From the NCBI GenBank assembly GCA_951406725.2, contig OX597817.1, positions 82,460,001 through 82,524,000 of the forward strand: a stretch of DNA of 64,000 nt, written 5' to 3'. Under the pieces are notes generated by a model. The model searched no databases and was not told the origin of the DNA. It was given only the letters and a program-made list of their open reading frames with translations. Within the stretch, counting starts at the first letter, position 1, and every line of letters starts with the position of its first letter. The translations under genes and the position numbers were made by a program. The stretch is from Octopus vulgaris. Lineage: Eukaryota. This document shows positions 41,451 to 54,697 of this stretch, in pieces.

Positions 41451-41476
41451 ATATATATATAAATATATACATATAA

Positions 41477-41545
<69 letters not shown>

Positions 41546-41549
41546 ATAT

Positions 41550-42310
41550 TTCGGAATGGTCATTTTGCCAGTTTAGCCAATAAAAACACACGCACTATAT
41601 ATTTGGTGTTATTTTGCTTCAGTGTTATTTATTTTTTACATTAATCTTAATCTTATTTCGGCCATAGTTCTTTCGTCACACTCCTGTGACCGCATCAGTG
41701 GTCCTTTGTTTTCTTCTTTCTTATTTGTGTCTCTCTTTACTAACCGTCAGCCATTTTTTATTTCTATTGTATGTCTTCATTTGCGCATGCTTATATCTCT
41801 ATGTGCGTCTATGTTTAATAGTGTGTGGGGGGGATGCCTGTAATATTTTGTATCTTCTGTTTATATACGTTCATGTAATTTGTTTTTGTTGTTGTTGTTT
41901 TTGTTTATTCTTATTTTGTTCATGTGTTTACATCCACTTATTATTATCATTACATATGCTTGTATGTATGTATGTATAACAACAATACTAGTAATAATAT
42001 AATAAATTTTAAAAAAACAAAAAACTTATATAGTTATTTATTTCTATTTGTTTATTTATCTGTGTATTTATTATGTTTTCGGGATCCTCTACCGTCATAT
42101 GTTGTGGTGTGTGCTAGTGTTCCATTCTAGTTTCCTACTCAGGCTAGGTTTCTTTTCTATTATGTGTGTAGCCTCTGTAATTTGTCTGATTGTTGCATCT
42201 GTTCTATGTGTGGACAATATTTTAATTTCTATTTTGTTGATTGATCCCCCGTGTTCCTGTTCGGCGTGTTGGTACAGAATCGATGAGCTTTTACCTTCCT
42301 TAAGTTCTCT
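41550..42310 (-). mobile_element. 3' end of a Penelope-like element: GIY-YIG tail, 3' region and hammerhead pseudo-LTR
   Basis: [14 protein letters not shown]...[35 protein letters not shown] (42095-42310), HHR at 41660-41704, TA tracts on both sides. Confidence 0.78.
41660..41704 (-). ncRNA. Type I hammerhead ribozyme with atypical core CUGAUGCG
   Basis: ggacca-CTGATGCG-gtcac aggagt gtgac-GAAA-gaac-TA-tggcc. Confidence 0.65.
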
Positions 42311-42317
42311 CATATAT

Positions 42318-42402
<85 letters not shown>

Positions 42403-42540
42403 TATATATGTATATGTATATGTATGTGTATATTTATGTGTGTGTATATACATATATATGTATGTGTCTGTATATATATATATATGTATGTATATATATA
42501 TATGTATACAGACACACACACACACGACACATACATATAT

Positions 42541-42587
<47 letters not shown>

Positions 42588-42914
42588 CAGTGCTGAAAAG
42601 TTTCTTATTTTCAGTAAAAGAAAATACAGGAGGGTTAGTTAATTGTTATTTTATTCAACATATTCCCGCCTCAGATTCACACGCTCATTGCAGCTCTCCT
42701 ACAGTTTTTCTACGACCTGTAAAACAACTCAGTGCGTTAAGCCTTTGGTAAGGCCTTTCAAGATACCCTTAAAACCAGGAACTTTTCAGCACTCCCTCGT
42801 ACATATATATATATATAATAATATAAGGTACAATTAATTAATTAATTAATAATTTTACCAACTAGTCAGTACGTTAAAAAAAACCTTTTTTTAGGTAAAT
42901 TATACAAAATATTC

Positions 42915-43110
42915 TATAATTATATACATAATTATAATTAGGGTTCAGATATGTGCCTCGCCACGTACGGAATTAGAAATAGACGCTAATATCTTTTCAA
43001 CTACCAGATTTGTATGGTAGCTGAAAAGACATTAGCATCTATTTCTAATTTAGTACGTATCGAGGCACTTAGCTTACCACTGATTATAATTATGTATACA
43101 ATTATATAAT
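42915..43110. repeat. ~195-bp imperfect palindrome next to a TA tract
   Basis: aattagaaatagacgctaatatcttttcaactacca / tggtagctgaaaagacattagcatctatttctaatt, plus outer arms. Confidence 0.8.
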
Positions 43111-43150
43111 ATTTCACATATATATATTATATTATATATTATATATATAT

Positions 43151-43188
<38 letters not shown>

Positions 43189-43330
43189 TGTACATATATA
43201 TATATATATATATATGTATTGCACAATTTATTAATAGAATGTTAATCTGCCTGCAAATGTCTTGATAAAGGACACAGGGTGATGCAATCTTCTCTATTTC
43301 CTCTCCTTCTCATTCTCCACCACCACCTCA

Positions 43331-43470
43331 TCTTCTTCTTCTTCTTCTTCTTCTTCTTCTTCTTCTTCTTTTTCTTTTTCTTTTTCTTCTTCTTCTTCTT
43401 CTTCTTCTTTTTCTTTTTCTTTTTTTTCCTCTTTTTCTTCTTCTTCTTCTTCTTCTTCTTCTTCTTCTTC
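43331..43470. repeat. (CTT)n microsatellite
   Basis: Directly visible. Confidence 0.95.
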
Positions 43471-44735
43471 TCATCCTTCATTATTCTTTGTCTAACAATA
43501 TTTACAAATACATATTGGATGAGCACACGATCAACGGTTCGATGCAAATCTCAAGTAGTATATACAAAGTTATTAGCATCGAGACTTCCCCGAGGAATAC
43601 GAAAGTACGAAACTGAAAAGTGTCATGCAATTAGTCAACGTGCCTCTGCAGCTGGTTACGTCTATATCTACCATTTTTGACCATTTCAAATAATAACGGT
43701 TCTTCTCTCCTTATCACAAGCTCAAAGAGATGACAGCATGGCGTACATTTCTGCAAGCAATTCTTTTATTTTCAAGTATTATGTATATAAGAATTGGAAG
43801 ATGTCTTGATATATGTATGGAACTTATTAATAGTCATTGAATAACACAACCCATCAGCTGACAGATGAGTTTTGAATTAGCTGAGATTAGATTAGACTTG
43901 ATGCTGTCCTGGAATTAAACTTTGAGACTCGTACTTGCTCGTAGCTATATACTTCTTTAGTTTAGATATGCTACAACTGAAGAATGAAAATACTTGCCGA
44001 TAAGAAGTAGCCAGAGAAATACTTCTTCAATGCTTCATTTTTTTCTTCTGTCCTTTTCTTACTACAGATATTCGGTAAAATTGGTGAAAGCTGATATCGA
44101 GTAGATAAAACGTCTAAAAGAAAATCTGCAACGAACAAACGAGTGCAAAACTATAAAAGTATATCGGTATCTTTTCAATGATATTTGCTGTTGTTGATAA
44201 AGGAGATTTTGATGAGAAATCGAAAAGTGCAGACGAACTTTAATAGATTATTTAGTAAGAAAAGTGTGTGCAGGGAGTGAGTGAGGGATGCGCGATCACG
44301 CACACTTAAGGATTTGTGTGTAATTGCACATGTGTGTGTGTGCAATTCGCAAATAATGTGAAATTTAAAACACTGTCCAGGTAAACACTTCTTAGACATT
44401 ATCCCTGTGTGTGTGTATGTACACACACCGCGCGCGCACACACATTCGCAAGTTGAAAGTATGTCAATTGTCAGTGGGATTTTCGATGGTCACGATTTCT
44501 TCATTTAAACGATTTAAGATCCTTGTTCTTTTCTTGTCACAATTTGTCCATCTCCAGGTAATATATTTTTGTGAATGCTCGCCTTTCTCTTCAAGAAAAA
44601 TTAAATGCATAAGTTTAATGCATAAAGTTGGCAGGAGTTCAGATTTTGGTGAGGTAAACTCGGTCCGTCATTTTTCGGTATGATTAAATAAAGTATTAGT
44701 CAAATACTGGAGTTGATACAATTTACTGCCCCCTT

Positions 44736-44768
<33 letters not shown>

Positions 44769-44779
44769 AACACACACAC

Positions 44780-44844
<65 letters not shown>

Positions 44845-45669
44845 GCTGCAAATTTCAGGGCTTGTGTCTTTATCAGAAACAATTTCTATAATAATAGCTT
44901 CATATCTATGTCATTGACTTACAAAGAAAGGTTTTGCGACCAATTTTGTTTGAAGTTTTCTTTCCTGTGGGTTTCTGAAAATTCACGCTAGACAGAGACT
45001 GAGTGCTCTGTAATACATACATAGCTCTTACTATAGATTTTCTTGAACTGTACATTTTCAATTCTATAGGTTATTGTTAGAGAAAATTTATGAGTTTCAT
45101 TTATTTTATGGATGTGTTTCATGATATTTTGGAATGAAGTGACGGAAAATATTTTTGCCTCTGGTTGTGTGAAATATTATTTCTTTCACGAGCAGCATTT
45201 TAGCGAATATTAATATAAATTCTGCCTCTTTGTTCCTGCAGCAACATTTTTGAGAAAATGTGCCGGCGGGCTATTTGAAGTTATGGAGGTTGAAATCACC
45301 CAAAAGAAGCACAAGCTTGCTAAACCAATTTGATTAATACAATCTTTTTGGTATTTATGAGTCTCTTTTCAAGAAAGACTCGTAAATCTTCCAAGATATG
45401 AAGCATCAGTTGAACAATTTATTGTACATACCGTTACATAGAATTACTTCTTATGTATTCTTAATGTTCCACAAATCATGTCTGAGTGAGACAACAGAAA
45501 TGGAAACTAATATTTTCTCAGGTGTACATGACAGATGCTCAATATATTCTTTCTTTTCTCTTTGCACGGGAAACGATATAGTTTGGTATGTGTATTCCTG
45601 AAACTGTTATGTATACTACTAAATATATTTCTTCAAGTGTTATGAAAGTTGTTCTTTTATTATATTACA

Positions 45670-45903
45670 AACTGTCATCCGACATCCAGTCGAATGTGAC
45701 ATTAAAAGAGGTATATAGCATCAGTAACTCAATGGCTAGGTCCTAGCACTTCGTTATATTCTCTATACCTCTCATATTGGCTTTCTCATCATTTGAGACT
45801 GTAAAGCCAGTTACCTGGAATTTCTATTCTCTTTGACTACTACAACTAAATTAGGCCTTCTAGCTTCTATTACAGTGTCAATTTGGTTGTTAAAATCTCA
45901 CAT
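45670..45903 (-). mobile_element. Older R4/Dong-like endonuclease fragment
   Basis: Homologous to 46220-46447 of the adjacent element. Confidence 0.65.
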
Positions 45904-45974
45904 CTTCTTCTTCTTCTTCTTCTTCTTCTTCTTCTTCTTCTTCTTCTTCTTCTTCTTCTTCTTCTTCTTCTCCT

Positions 45975-48900
45975 CATTCATAAACACCCAACAGGTTGGA
46001 CTTTTGGAAATGAAAAAAATTCTATCATCGGGCTACAAGTAGCCTTAGATGCTAAGAGCCTTTCTATTGGGTTACAGCAAGTAACCTTAGATGCCAAGAA
46101 CCCTTCTAAGTACCCTAGCTGTCCCTAATAGCATTTTTGCTGCAGTTGTACTAAACTAGGTTTTATGCCTATTTCCTCTTTCCATCTGTTTAAATTTTTA
46201 GGGATATTTCCCAATGCACCTATAACTACTGGGATACATTTTACCCACACTTTCCATAATCTCTGTAATTCAATTGCTAGGTCCTGGTACTTTGCTATTT
46301 TGTTCTATACTTCTCATATTAATGTTTTCATCATTTGGAACTGTAAAGTCAATTACCTGTCACTTTCTATTCTCATTATCTACTACTACTAAATCAGGCC
46401 TTCTAGCTTCTATTACTCTATTTGTCTGAATGTTAAAGTCCCACATCTTGTATTTCTTACTTTCTAGTACTCTACTAGGTTCATGTTCATACCATTTATC
46501 AGAATGTTCAAATCCTAGCTTTCTACATAGCTCCCAGTGGATTGCTCTCCTTAGTTTGTCATGTCTTTTCATGTATTCTTTCTGTCCCAGCATGCTACAT
46601 TCACTTACTATATGAATAATGCTTTCCTCTGTTGATTTGCATATTCCACAAAAGAAATCTGCTTGTTTTTTGTCTATCTTGGCTTGTATCCAATTAGTCC
46701 TTAATGCTTGATTTTGCACAGCTACTAACAAACTTTCTGTCTCCCTCTTTAGCTTTCCTTTCCGCAGCCATAACCATATCTCACTACTACTATTTGATGA
46801 AACTATCTTTGGGAATCTACCATGAAATGCTTTCTCCTGCCAGCCAGGTACTTTTTGTTCTTTTCTCTGGCTTTTTACTTGTTTGGGTTTTTGGTTTTCC
46901 TATGTCTTTCTGTGACTCTAGCAGCTTTTAATAAACTTTCTTCTCTATCACCTACATAGGAGTCTATATCTTCTCTAGCTAACTCCACGCAGTCTTCTAC
47001 TGATAGTGACCCTCTTCCAACTTTTTAGCTAGGTATAATCTTGCTACTCCCCCCTACCCCCTTTGGTGGAGTCCTCCATTCATATTAAATTCCTTCCTTG
47101 TTCGCTGGCTAGCATTGCTAATTCAGTTTTTATCCATTCTACAAAAGCTGCTGACTTTCTAAGTAATGATACTGTCCCAGTATTTACAGCCTTCACTATA
47201 TTTGGAGCATTTAGCTTTGACTTCATTATCTTCCTCAATTTTCTGATGTACTTCTACTCAATTTTCGTTTTCATTTCTGTAGTTAGTACTCTGTCAGTTT
47301 TAATACTCACATATACTTGTAACTCTCTCCTCCTTTCAATGATTTAAATGTCTGGCCATCTGGTAATTGGATGCCTTCGGTGCTGACTACCTGTCCCCTT
47401 CTCATGACTAATATTGCACACTATCAATGCCAAATTCTATGTCTATATCTTTGCTGAAGAGTCTTACAGTCTGTATTAAGGAAGCTATTTCTTTTTCATT
47501 CTTACTAAAAATCTTCAGCACATCCACGTAGAATCAATAGTTAAATTTTCCCTTATTATTTCTGAACTTATATCCTGCCTTTGCCCTCCTTAATATTAAA
47601 CATAGGGGATCATACATGAAGACAAATATTAAAGGAAACAAGGAGTCTCCCTGGAAAGTTCCTCTTTTGATATTAACTTTACCTAAGAGTGTGTCATCTG
47701 AGTAGACATCTACTTTCCATTTCTTCATGCTACAGCTAACTAATTCTCTTGTGTTGTCTGCTATAATGAATATACTCAAACATTCACTTATCCATGAAAG
47801 TGGGATCATGTAATAGGCTTTCCTATAATCTACCCATGATATTGTTAGATTTTCCTTTCTAGCTTTTCCTTCATTAGAACTGCTTTGTCTATGTATGATA
47901 GACCATGCGTTCCTCTATCCTTCTTCATGCAACCTTTCTGTTCTTCTGGCAGTAATGCTTGGTTGTCAAGGTGCTCATAAATTCTTTCTGAAAGCATTCC
48001 ACACTAATGGTAAGCAGGTGATGGGTCTATAGTTGCTAGCTATATTACCCTTACTCTTATCTTTCATGGTGAATATTGTCCTCCCTCTAATCATCCAATT
48101 TGGTATTATTCCTCCATTAAAGCAATCCTGAAGTTGTTCCCTCAGCCTCTAATGTAAACTACTAAATTTCTTTAGCCAGTACGCTTGAAATAAATCTGGT
48201 CCTGGGCCCTTCCAATTCGGCATTTTTCCTAACACTTTACTCATTAATGCACTAGTTAATCTTAAATCTGGCTGCTTCTCACTCACTACTTCTTCCCTCA
48301 CTTTCTTTAACCACACAGCATCTCCATTATGATTGACTGACTTATCCCAAACATTACTCCATAACTTTCTAGCTTCTTCTGCATTAGGTTTCTCATTTTC
48401 AGTACTTCGTTCTCCACTATTTATTTGGTAATACAATCTCATCTCACCTGTCTCAAATAATCTATTCTGTCGATAGTGTTATATTCTTTTCTGATATCGG
48501 GAGAGCTTGCTTACTACTGCTATGATACGCTGTTTCAACTCTTCTATTACCTCCCAAATCCTTTCTCTTGACTAAATATCTTTTCTCGAGGAAAGATTTG
48601 CATGTTATATTTCCTAACGTGTTCTATTTCAAGGCTTCTATTTTACTCAGATCTTGTCTTAAAGTCTTCACTTTACTTTGTAGTCTCCTTTTCCACGTTT
48701 GCTCTTTTTTAATCTTGTCCTGTGAAATATCTGCTCTTCTAGTGACTACTACCCCTACTGCATAAGTTAGTGTCTTCTATATTTTTAGTATCTATCCTAC
48801 TGATAACAGAATCTACTTTCCTAGTAATGTCCAAGAACTTCCTTCTGTTGGTGCCATTTAATGCTGGCAATCATTTTCTTACTTATTTACTCATTACTTC

Positions 48901-49480
48901 CTGCAGCTCATCTAAAATCTTCTGATCTTCCTCACGTAAATCCCCTACGTTGTGGGTGCCAGTTGTCCCCTCCTTAGTGGTAGCGCTATTATTATTTTCC
49001 TTTAGATTCTTCTTTGGTTTGAGCCGTATCTCTTATGTTGTTGTTTGTCTTTCCTACTGCTTGGTCTTTCTATTCTAGTTCTCTTATGATCCCTTGTTCC
49101 TCTAATTCTATTATCCACTTTCTTCTCCTAATAGCATTAGCTTGATCACCTAATCTCTACTCAGTCACTTTAAACATACCCTTCTCTACCCTAAGTGTTA
49201 ACATCCGTTTTCTATAGCCCTTTCTTTTAGGTTCACTTTATAAGTAGCACCGTATCTCTATCCTGTTTTCTTCGCTGGTCCACTTCCTTCTACTTCCTCT
49301 ATTATCTGCTGATGCTGTATTAGGATAACAGCTGTGGTCAGTCTGCATCTTTACTGAACCACCGATGAGCGAGAGGCCTTCCCTTAATGGTCCAGCTTCA
49401 TTTTGGCTTTTACAACCTGAGTTCTTCGGAAACTCCTGCTCTCATAAACTGAGGTAAGGTAACGTTCTTTACCATCGTCC
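45975..49480 (-). mobile_element. Near full-length degraded R4/Dong-clade non-LTR retrotransposon (RT, CCHC, restriction-like endonuclease)
   Basis: PNWKGPGPD..QAYWLKK, YRPITCLP, IKRGTFQGDSLFPL, YVDVLK (mutated YxDD), CGIC..EESIIHIVSEC, KRHD and WDFNIQT...RRPDLVVVD. Many stops and frameshifts. Confidence 0.9.
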
Positions 49481-49599
49481 TCACCACCATTATTTTTCGA
49501 TATCTGATAGTTTCAAGCGACTTTCTATTGCATCATTTGTTGCAGTTTTTGTGGTGGGGTGGTGTAAATTTTTGTAGTAGTTCACCTTTTATACCATGA

Positions 49600-49691
49600 C
49601 AAAGCATGTATATGATAACAATTCCAATCGGTTAAGATCAAAAGCCATGAGAGCCACTGCCTGGGTATTGCATCAGCGCATATTATTATTA

Positions 49692-49772
<81 letters not shown>

Positions 49773-50311
49773 GAGTGAGAGAGCAGGACATGTGATCAAA
49801 GGGACACTGAGATAAAATATACGAAGCCCGGTATACCCATCATGATCACCCGTCAGACAAGGGCACACCAGTCACATGCATCACAACCATATATGCGCGA
49901 CATGGTGATCTTATATAAAAAAAAACAGTGCATGACCTTCCAGGTGGAGCCCAGTTAGAATTTTCTTCAGGTTGAGTATCTCATACCGCTTAAAAGGTCC
50001 CTGAATAAGGGTTGTTTAAGGATGTTTCCAGCCAGAGGTGAATTATTACAACCCCACAAAATTTCTCTCAACTCATGGCTATGATGCTCTCCTAATACTT
50101 CTGCTCGTGATCAGATAATCACATATCGTCAGATACTAAGGACATGTTCAACTGGTTAAGGTCAACCAACAGACAAGCAAATCTGTGGTACTGAGTAGAG
50201 TATTTGCTGTAGCCCATCTTTTATACAAAGACAAAACAATATACATGATAATACTTTCAATCAGTTAAGATCAAAAGCCGCGAGAGCCAGTGTCTGGTAC
50301 TGCATGAGAGC
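49600..50311 (-). mobile_element. Non-coding ~540-bp repeat (49772-50311) plus a ~70-bp copy of its end (49610-49680), separated by (ATT)n
   Basis: aatcggttaagatcaaaagccatgagagccactgcctgg is repeated as aatcagttaagatcaaaagccgcgagagccagtgtctgg. Confidence 0.6.
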
Positions 50312-50434
50312 AGGCCGATAAATTAAGCACCAGTCGTAGACTGGGATCGATGTAATCGACACATACCCCCCCAAAATAAAACTGCAGCCCTTTTGGAAAA
50401 ATCCGAAACCATTATTATTATTGTTGTTGTTATT

Positions 50435-50531
<97 letters not shown>

Positions 50532-50532
<1 letters not shown>

Positions 50533-50670
50533 GGCGGCGAGCTGGTACAATCATTAGCACGCTGGACTAAATACTTTGCGGTATTTCGCCCTTCCCTACG
50601 TTCTGAGTTCAAATTCCACCGAAGTCAACTTTGCCTTTCATCCTTTCGGGGTTAATAAATTAAGTACCAG
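50532..50670 (+). mobile_element. SINE family B after (ATT)n
   Basis: ggcggcgagctgg...gagttcaaattcc...cctttcatcctttcgggg. Confidence 0.8.
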
Positions 50671-50709
50671 TGTGTCTTTAGGAGAAAGGATTATTAGTAT
50701 TATTATTAA

Positions 50710-51290
50710 TGATTTGACTCAGTTTCGTTCTTAAGCCTGGTAGTATTTATGTGGTAGCAGGTTATTACTTGTAATCTTAGGCATCCACTAGCTTTCAATA
50801 GTCTTTCAAATGCTTAGAATCCTCCTAATAACCTTTCCTGTTTCTAAGGGTCAAACTTTCTGTAGAAGCTCTGCAGAACATTCTATTCTAATGTCCTTCA
50901 GCTATTTCTCTGTCTTTTCTTACAGTTCCCAATGCACCAATCATAGGCACAACAGCTTTCATACTTCAAATTCTTGCAATTTCAAATTTTAATGGATTGT
51001 ATTTTTTATTTTTTTTCGTCATCTTACTTTATGATCCTAGAATCAAACGGATATGATGGATTAATTACTAAGTAACTTCGCTTTTCCTTGTCTACAATTG
51101 TTATGCCTGGTCTATTATTATCTAGCTTCTTGTCCGTTTGAATAGCAAAGCCCCAAAAATCTTACATTTCTTCGACTTCAGCAATCTTTCGACCCGATGT
51201 AAATACCATGTCTCCAGTTTCAAATTGTCATTTCTGGCAAAGCTTCCAGTATGTAACTTTTACAACTTGGCCATTCCTCTATTACTTGAT
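50710..51290 (-). mobile_element. R4/Dong-like 3' fragment ending at an (ATT)-like tract
   Basis: KVTYWKLCQK, DFWGFAIQTDKKLDNNRPGITIVDKEK. Confidence 0.7.
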
Positions 51291-51319
51291 CATGCCTCCT
51301 CCTCCTCCTCCACCACCAC

Positions 51320-51980
51320 CACCTGTATGTATCTCATAATCCCATGGGATGGTAGGATTCTCTCCCTCGGTGACTGACTCTGGATGATGTTCATTCAAGT
51401 TTTTAAGGTGCGGGATATCATAGTGACAGCATACGCTCCAGTGCATGTATTGGCCAACTCGATCCTGCCTATTTTATAATCTGTAGAGGCAAGGACTGAG
51501 CAACTGACAACAATGTGGTATTGTCCATGCAATGGCATTTCTTGCAACAATCTCGATATTTCCTTCAAGCTTTCCTGATTGGCTTTTGTTGTACACTTTT
51601 ATGCTTCCTTAGTGGATGGTGTGTCCTCCTTATCATCATCATGCTTCCTTTGAGACTGAGTGCAGTTTCTTAATATGTCCATGTTGCTTTTCCTGCTGTA
51701 TCATAGAGTCATATTTACTTTGGATGTACCTTTGGTGTCCTAGAATTAGGCCTCCACTGCCTTCCTCTATGGGAGAAGAGCTTGTGGACATCTGATTTTG
51801 GGTAGTGAACACCTGTTTAGTGTCAGAAGTTTCCTGGTCTTTATGTCCATATGCTAGATTTCACTCAGATTCCATTTGATGACATAAAGTCTATACTGGA
51901 CAACTGGTACCGCCAGGGAGTTTATAGCTACAACTCTTTTCTGGGAGTTCAGCTGAGTATTCAGGACCATTATGACACGT
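51320..51980 (-). mobile_element. R4/Dong-like RT thumb to RHD-region fragment
   Basis: LNSQKRVVAINSLAVPVVQY...DIKTRKLLT, DYKNRQDRVGQYMHWSVC, EHHPESVTEG..PWDYEI. Confidence 0.75.
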
Positions 51981-51990
51981 TATTATTATT

Positions 51991-52044
<54 letters not shown>

Positions 52045-52066
52045 ATCATTATCATTATTATTATTA

Positions 52067-52110
<44 letters not shown>

Positions 52111-52662
52111 GTGGAAATGTGGTGGAATCGTTAGCACGTCAGACAATACCTTTTATTTTTTCATAGTCGATAAAATAAGTACCCCTCGATTTAATTGACT
52201 AATCCTCTCCCACGCCCACTAAGTTTCTGGCCGTGTTCCGACAGCTAAAAGAATTATTATTACCACTATGTTGTGGGCGTAGAAAATATTAATATGTCTA
52301 TCTAGAGTTTAATCAAGCAATTAATTCAGAATTTAGTAATTTATCTACTTTTCATTATTTATCTGCTTAATTTTTTATCGTTATTAGTTTCATTATTTTT
52401 CATTTTGGAGATAACCTGTTTTATCTCTGTTTCTGTTGTAAAAATTATTTGCCTTTATTAAGTTTATTGTTTATCATTATTTTTAAAAGATAAACATTGC
52501 GAATCTGCAGCAGAGAAAAAAAACGACTCCAAAAAGCCGTTAACAAGTGGGATTTTTGAGATTAGATTATAAAAGAAAGCTGAAAATGTGACAGAAGATG
52601 TGTGAATAGATAATTAAATGAAAAATATGAGCAATATGAAGAAAAGATAAATAAAAGCACTG

Positions 52663-53065
52663 GTGCAGGTGTGGCTGTGTGGTAAGTAGTTTGCTTCCCA
52701 ACTAAAAGTTCCAGGTCGAGTCTCACAAGGGTTGCAGCTTTGGCATGTGTCTTCAAATATAGTCCGAGCCAAACAAGAAAGCGCGTCGCATGTGTATATA
52801 CATATATATACATATACGTATGTGTAGTGTGCAGGTGTATAAGTGCATATATTTATGTGTCAGTGTTTCTTCCCCACCACCACTTAGCAACTACTGTTGC
52901 TTTCTTTAAATACCCGTAACTTAGCGGTTCGGTAAAGGCAAAAGAGAACCATAGGATAAGTATTAGTCTCTAAAAATAAGTACTAGTGCCGATTCGTTCA
53001 ACTGAAAGCCTTCAATGCGGGACCTCAGCATGGCTCTATTTCAACGACCGAAACAATTAAAAGAA
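52663..53065 (+). mobile_element. Composite SINE C-microsatellite-E
   Basis: C head at 52663-52790, TG/TA tract, module E at 52860-53065. Confidence 0.7.
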
Positions 53066-53398
53066 AGGAAAGTCAATAAAATGACAGAACGAATTGCTTA
53101 GCTTATTTCGTTCTCCTAAAAAAAATTAAGTTAGGAGGTATCTATTAGTAAACCGTTTAGAATAATTTACTTGGAAGTCGAAGTAAATTGGAACTTTAAT
53201 TTTATCAGTGAGAAAAATTTATGGTTGAAAATCATTACAAAAATAATTGGATAAAAGTATTATTAGACAAATATTGAAGGTTCCAGTGATATTAATGTAA
53301 TACTACAAAGATTTCAATTAGATTCGGGTTATTTACGATAATTGGAAGGAAGTTCTAGGAGAACAGTAAAAGGGAACGGACATTGTACAAATGTGTAT

Positions 53399-53440
<42 letters not shown>

Positions 53441-53491
53441 GTGTGTGTACAGACAAAACGGACGCACAAACACGCGCGCGCAAACACACGT

Positions 53492-53534
<43 letters not shown>

Positions 53535-53829
53535 CATACATCTATGCTATAATAAAGCTGCGACATTTATCTTACTCTCTCTTCCTTGATCGCGTTTTTT
53601 ACCACCTTACTAAATTGTTTTAATTAATAATACGTAATTAGAAACGTTTTCTTTAAGATATTTTGATAACATTTGTGAAAACTTTTGCATTATATCTGTT
53701 TATCATGACTTAGAAGTTTTACTTCGTTATCGATAAATGTACTAATCGCGATTACTTTGAATAACGATAAGTTTGGATTAATTTCTGCCTAAATCAACTT
53801 TGCAATCATCGTTGGTAATAATCTTTTAT

Positions 53830-53995
53830 ACTTTTATTTGTTTCAATCATTTGACTGCGGCCATGCTGGAGCATCGCTTTTAGTCGAGCAAATCGCCCCC
53901 AGGACTTATTCTTTATTAGCCTAGTACTTATTCTATCGGTCTCTTTTGCATGCATTGGTTGTCAAGCGATGTTGGGTGGACAAACACAGACACAC
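53830..53995 (-). mobile_element. SINE module E (its C partner end resumes at 55261-55278)
   Basis: tgactgcggccatgctggagc...cctagtacttattctatcggtctc. The acgacgggcttctttcag at 55261 is the reverse complement of the C 3' end. Confidence 0.75.
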
Positions 53996-54016
53996 AAACA
54001 CACATATATACCTAGA

Positions 54017-54062
<46 letters not shown>

Positions 54063-54288
54063 GAAATATTAAAAATACTAAGTCTCTCTAAAAGAGAACA
54101 GCGGCAGCGTTCCCGGAAAATAATAGTTATCGCCATACTAATATGGCATTCTTATAAAAATAAGAATAAAGCTGTCCGCTTATTAGCTCCATGAGGCCAT
54201 CGCCTTAAGTTAGCTATTTGATACACAAACTGTATCCATATAACCTTCGAACAAGGGAGGTCAGTCACTCCACACTACTTGACCGGCA

Positions 54289-54335
54289 GCTACAGACGCG
54301 TTTCGGGGTATTGCCCCTTTTCAATGCAGCGTAGC
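54289..54335 (-). ncRNA. Minimal type I hammerhead, variant core UUGAAAA (copy 1)
   Basis: gctacgctgca-TTGAAAA-gggg caata cccc-GAAA-cgcg-TC-tgtagc. Confidence 0.75.
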
Positions 54336-54650
54336 CAGCCAGTGGGTGTCGCTTCCGACAATCTCTGTTCGATGGTTTTATTTACCTAGTTTCGGTGGAA
54401 TACATCCACTTGTTTTCAATAATAGAAATATTAAAAATACTAAGTCTCTCTAAAAGAGAACAGCGGCAGCGTTCCCGGAAAATAATAGTTATCGCCATAC
54501 TAATATGGCATTCTTATAAAAATAAGAATAAAGCTGTCCGCTTATTAGCTCCATGAGGCCATCGCCTTAAGTTAGCTATTTGATACACAAACTGTATCCA
54601 TATAACCTTCGAACAAGGGAGGTCAGTCGCTCCACACTACTTGACCGGCA

Positions 54651-54697
54651 GCTACAGACGCGTTTCGGGGTATTGCCCCTTTTCAATGCAGCGTAGC
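54651..54697 (-). ncRNA. Minimal type I hammerhead, variant core (copy 2)
   Basis: Identical to copy 1, 362 bp away. Confidence 0.75.

Noticed and set aside
50255-50290. U2 snRNA similarity (taagatcaa)
   Set aside because: Only about 9 nt match and the flanks are unrelated.
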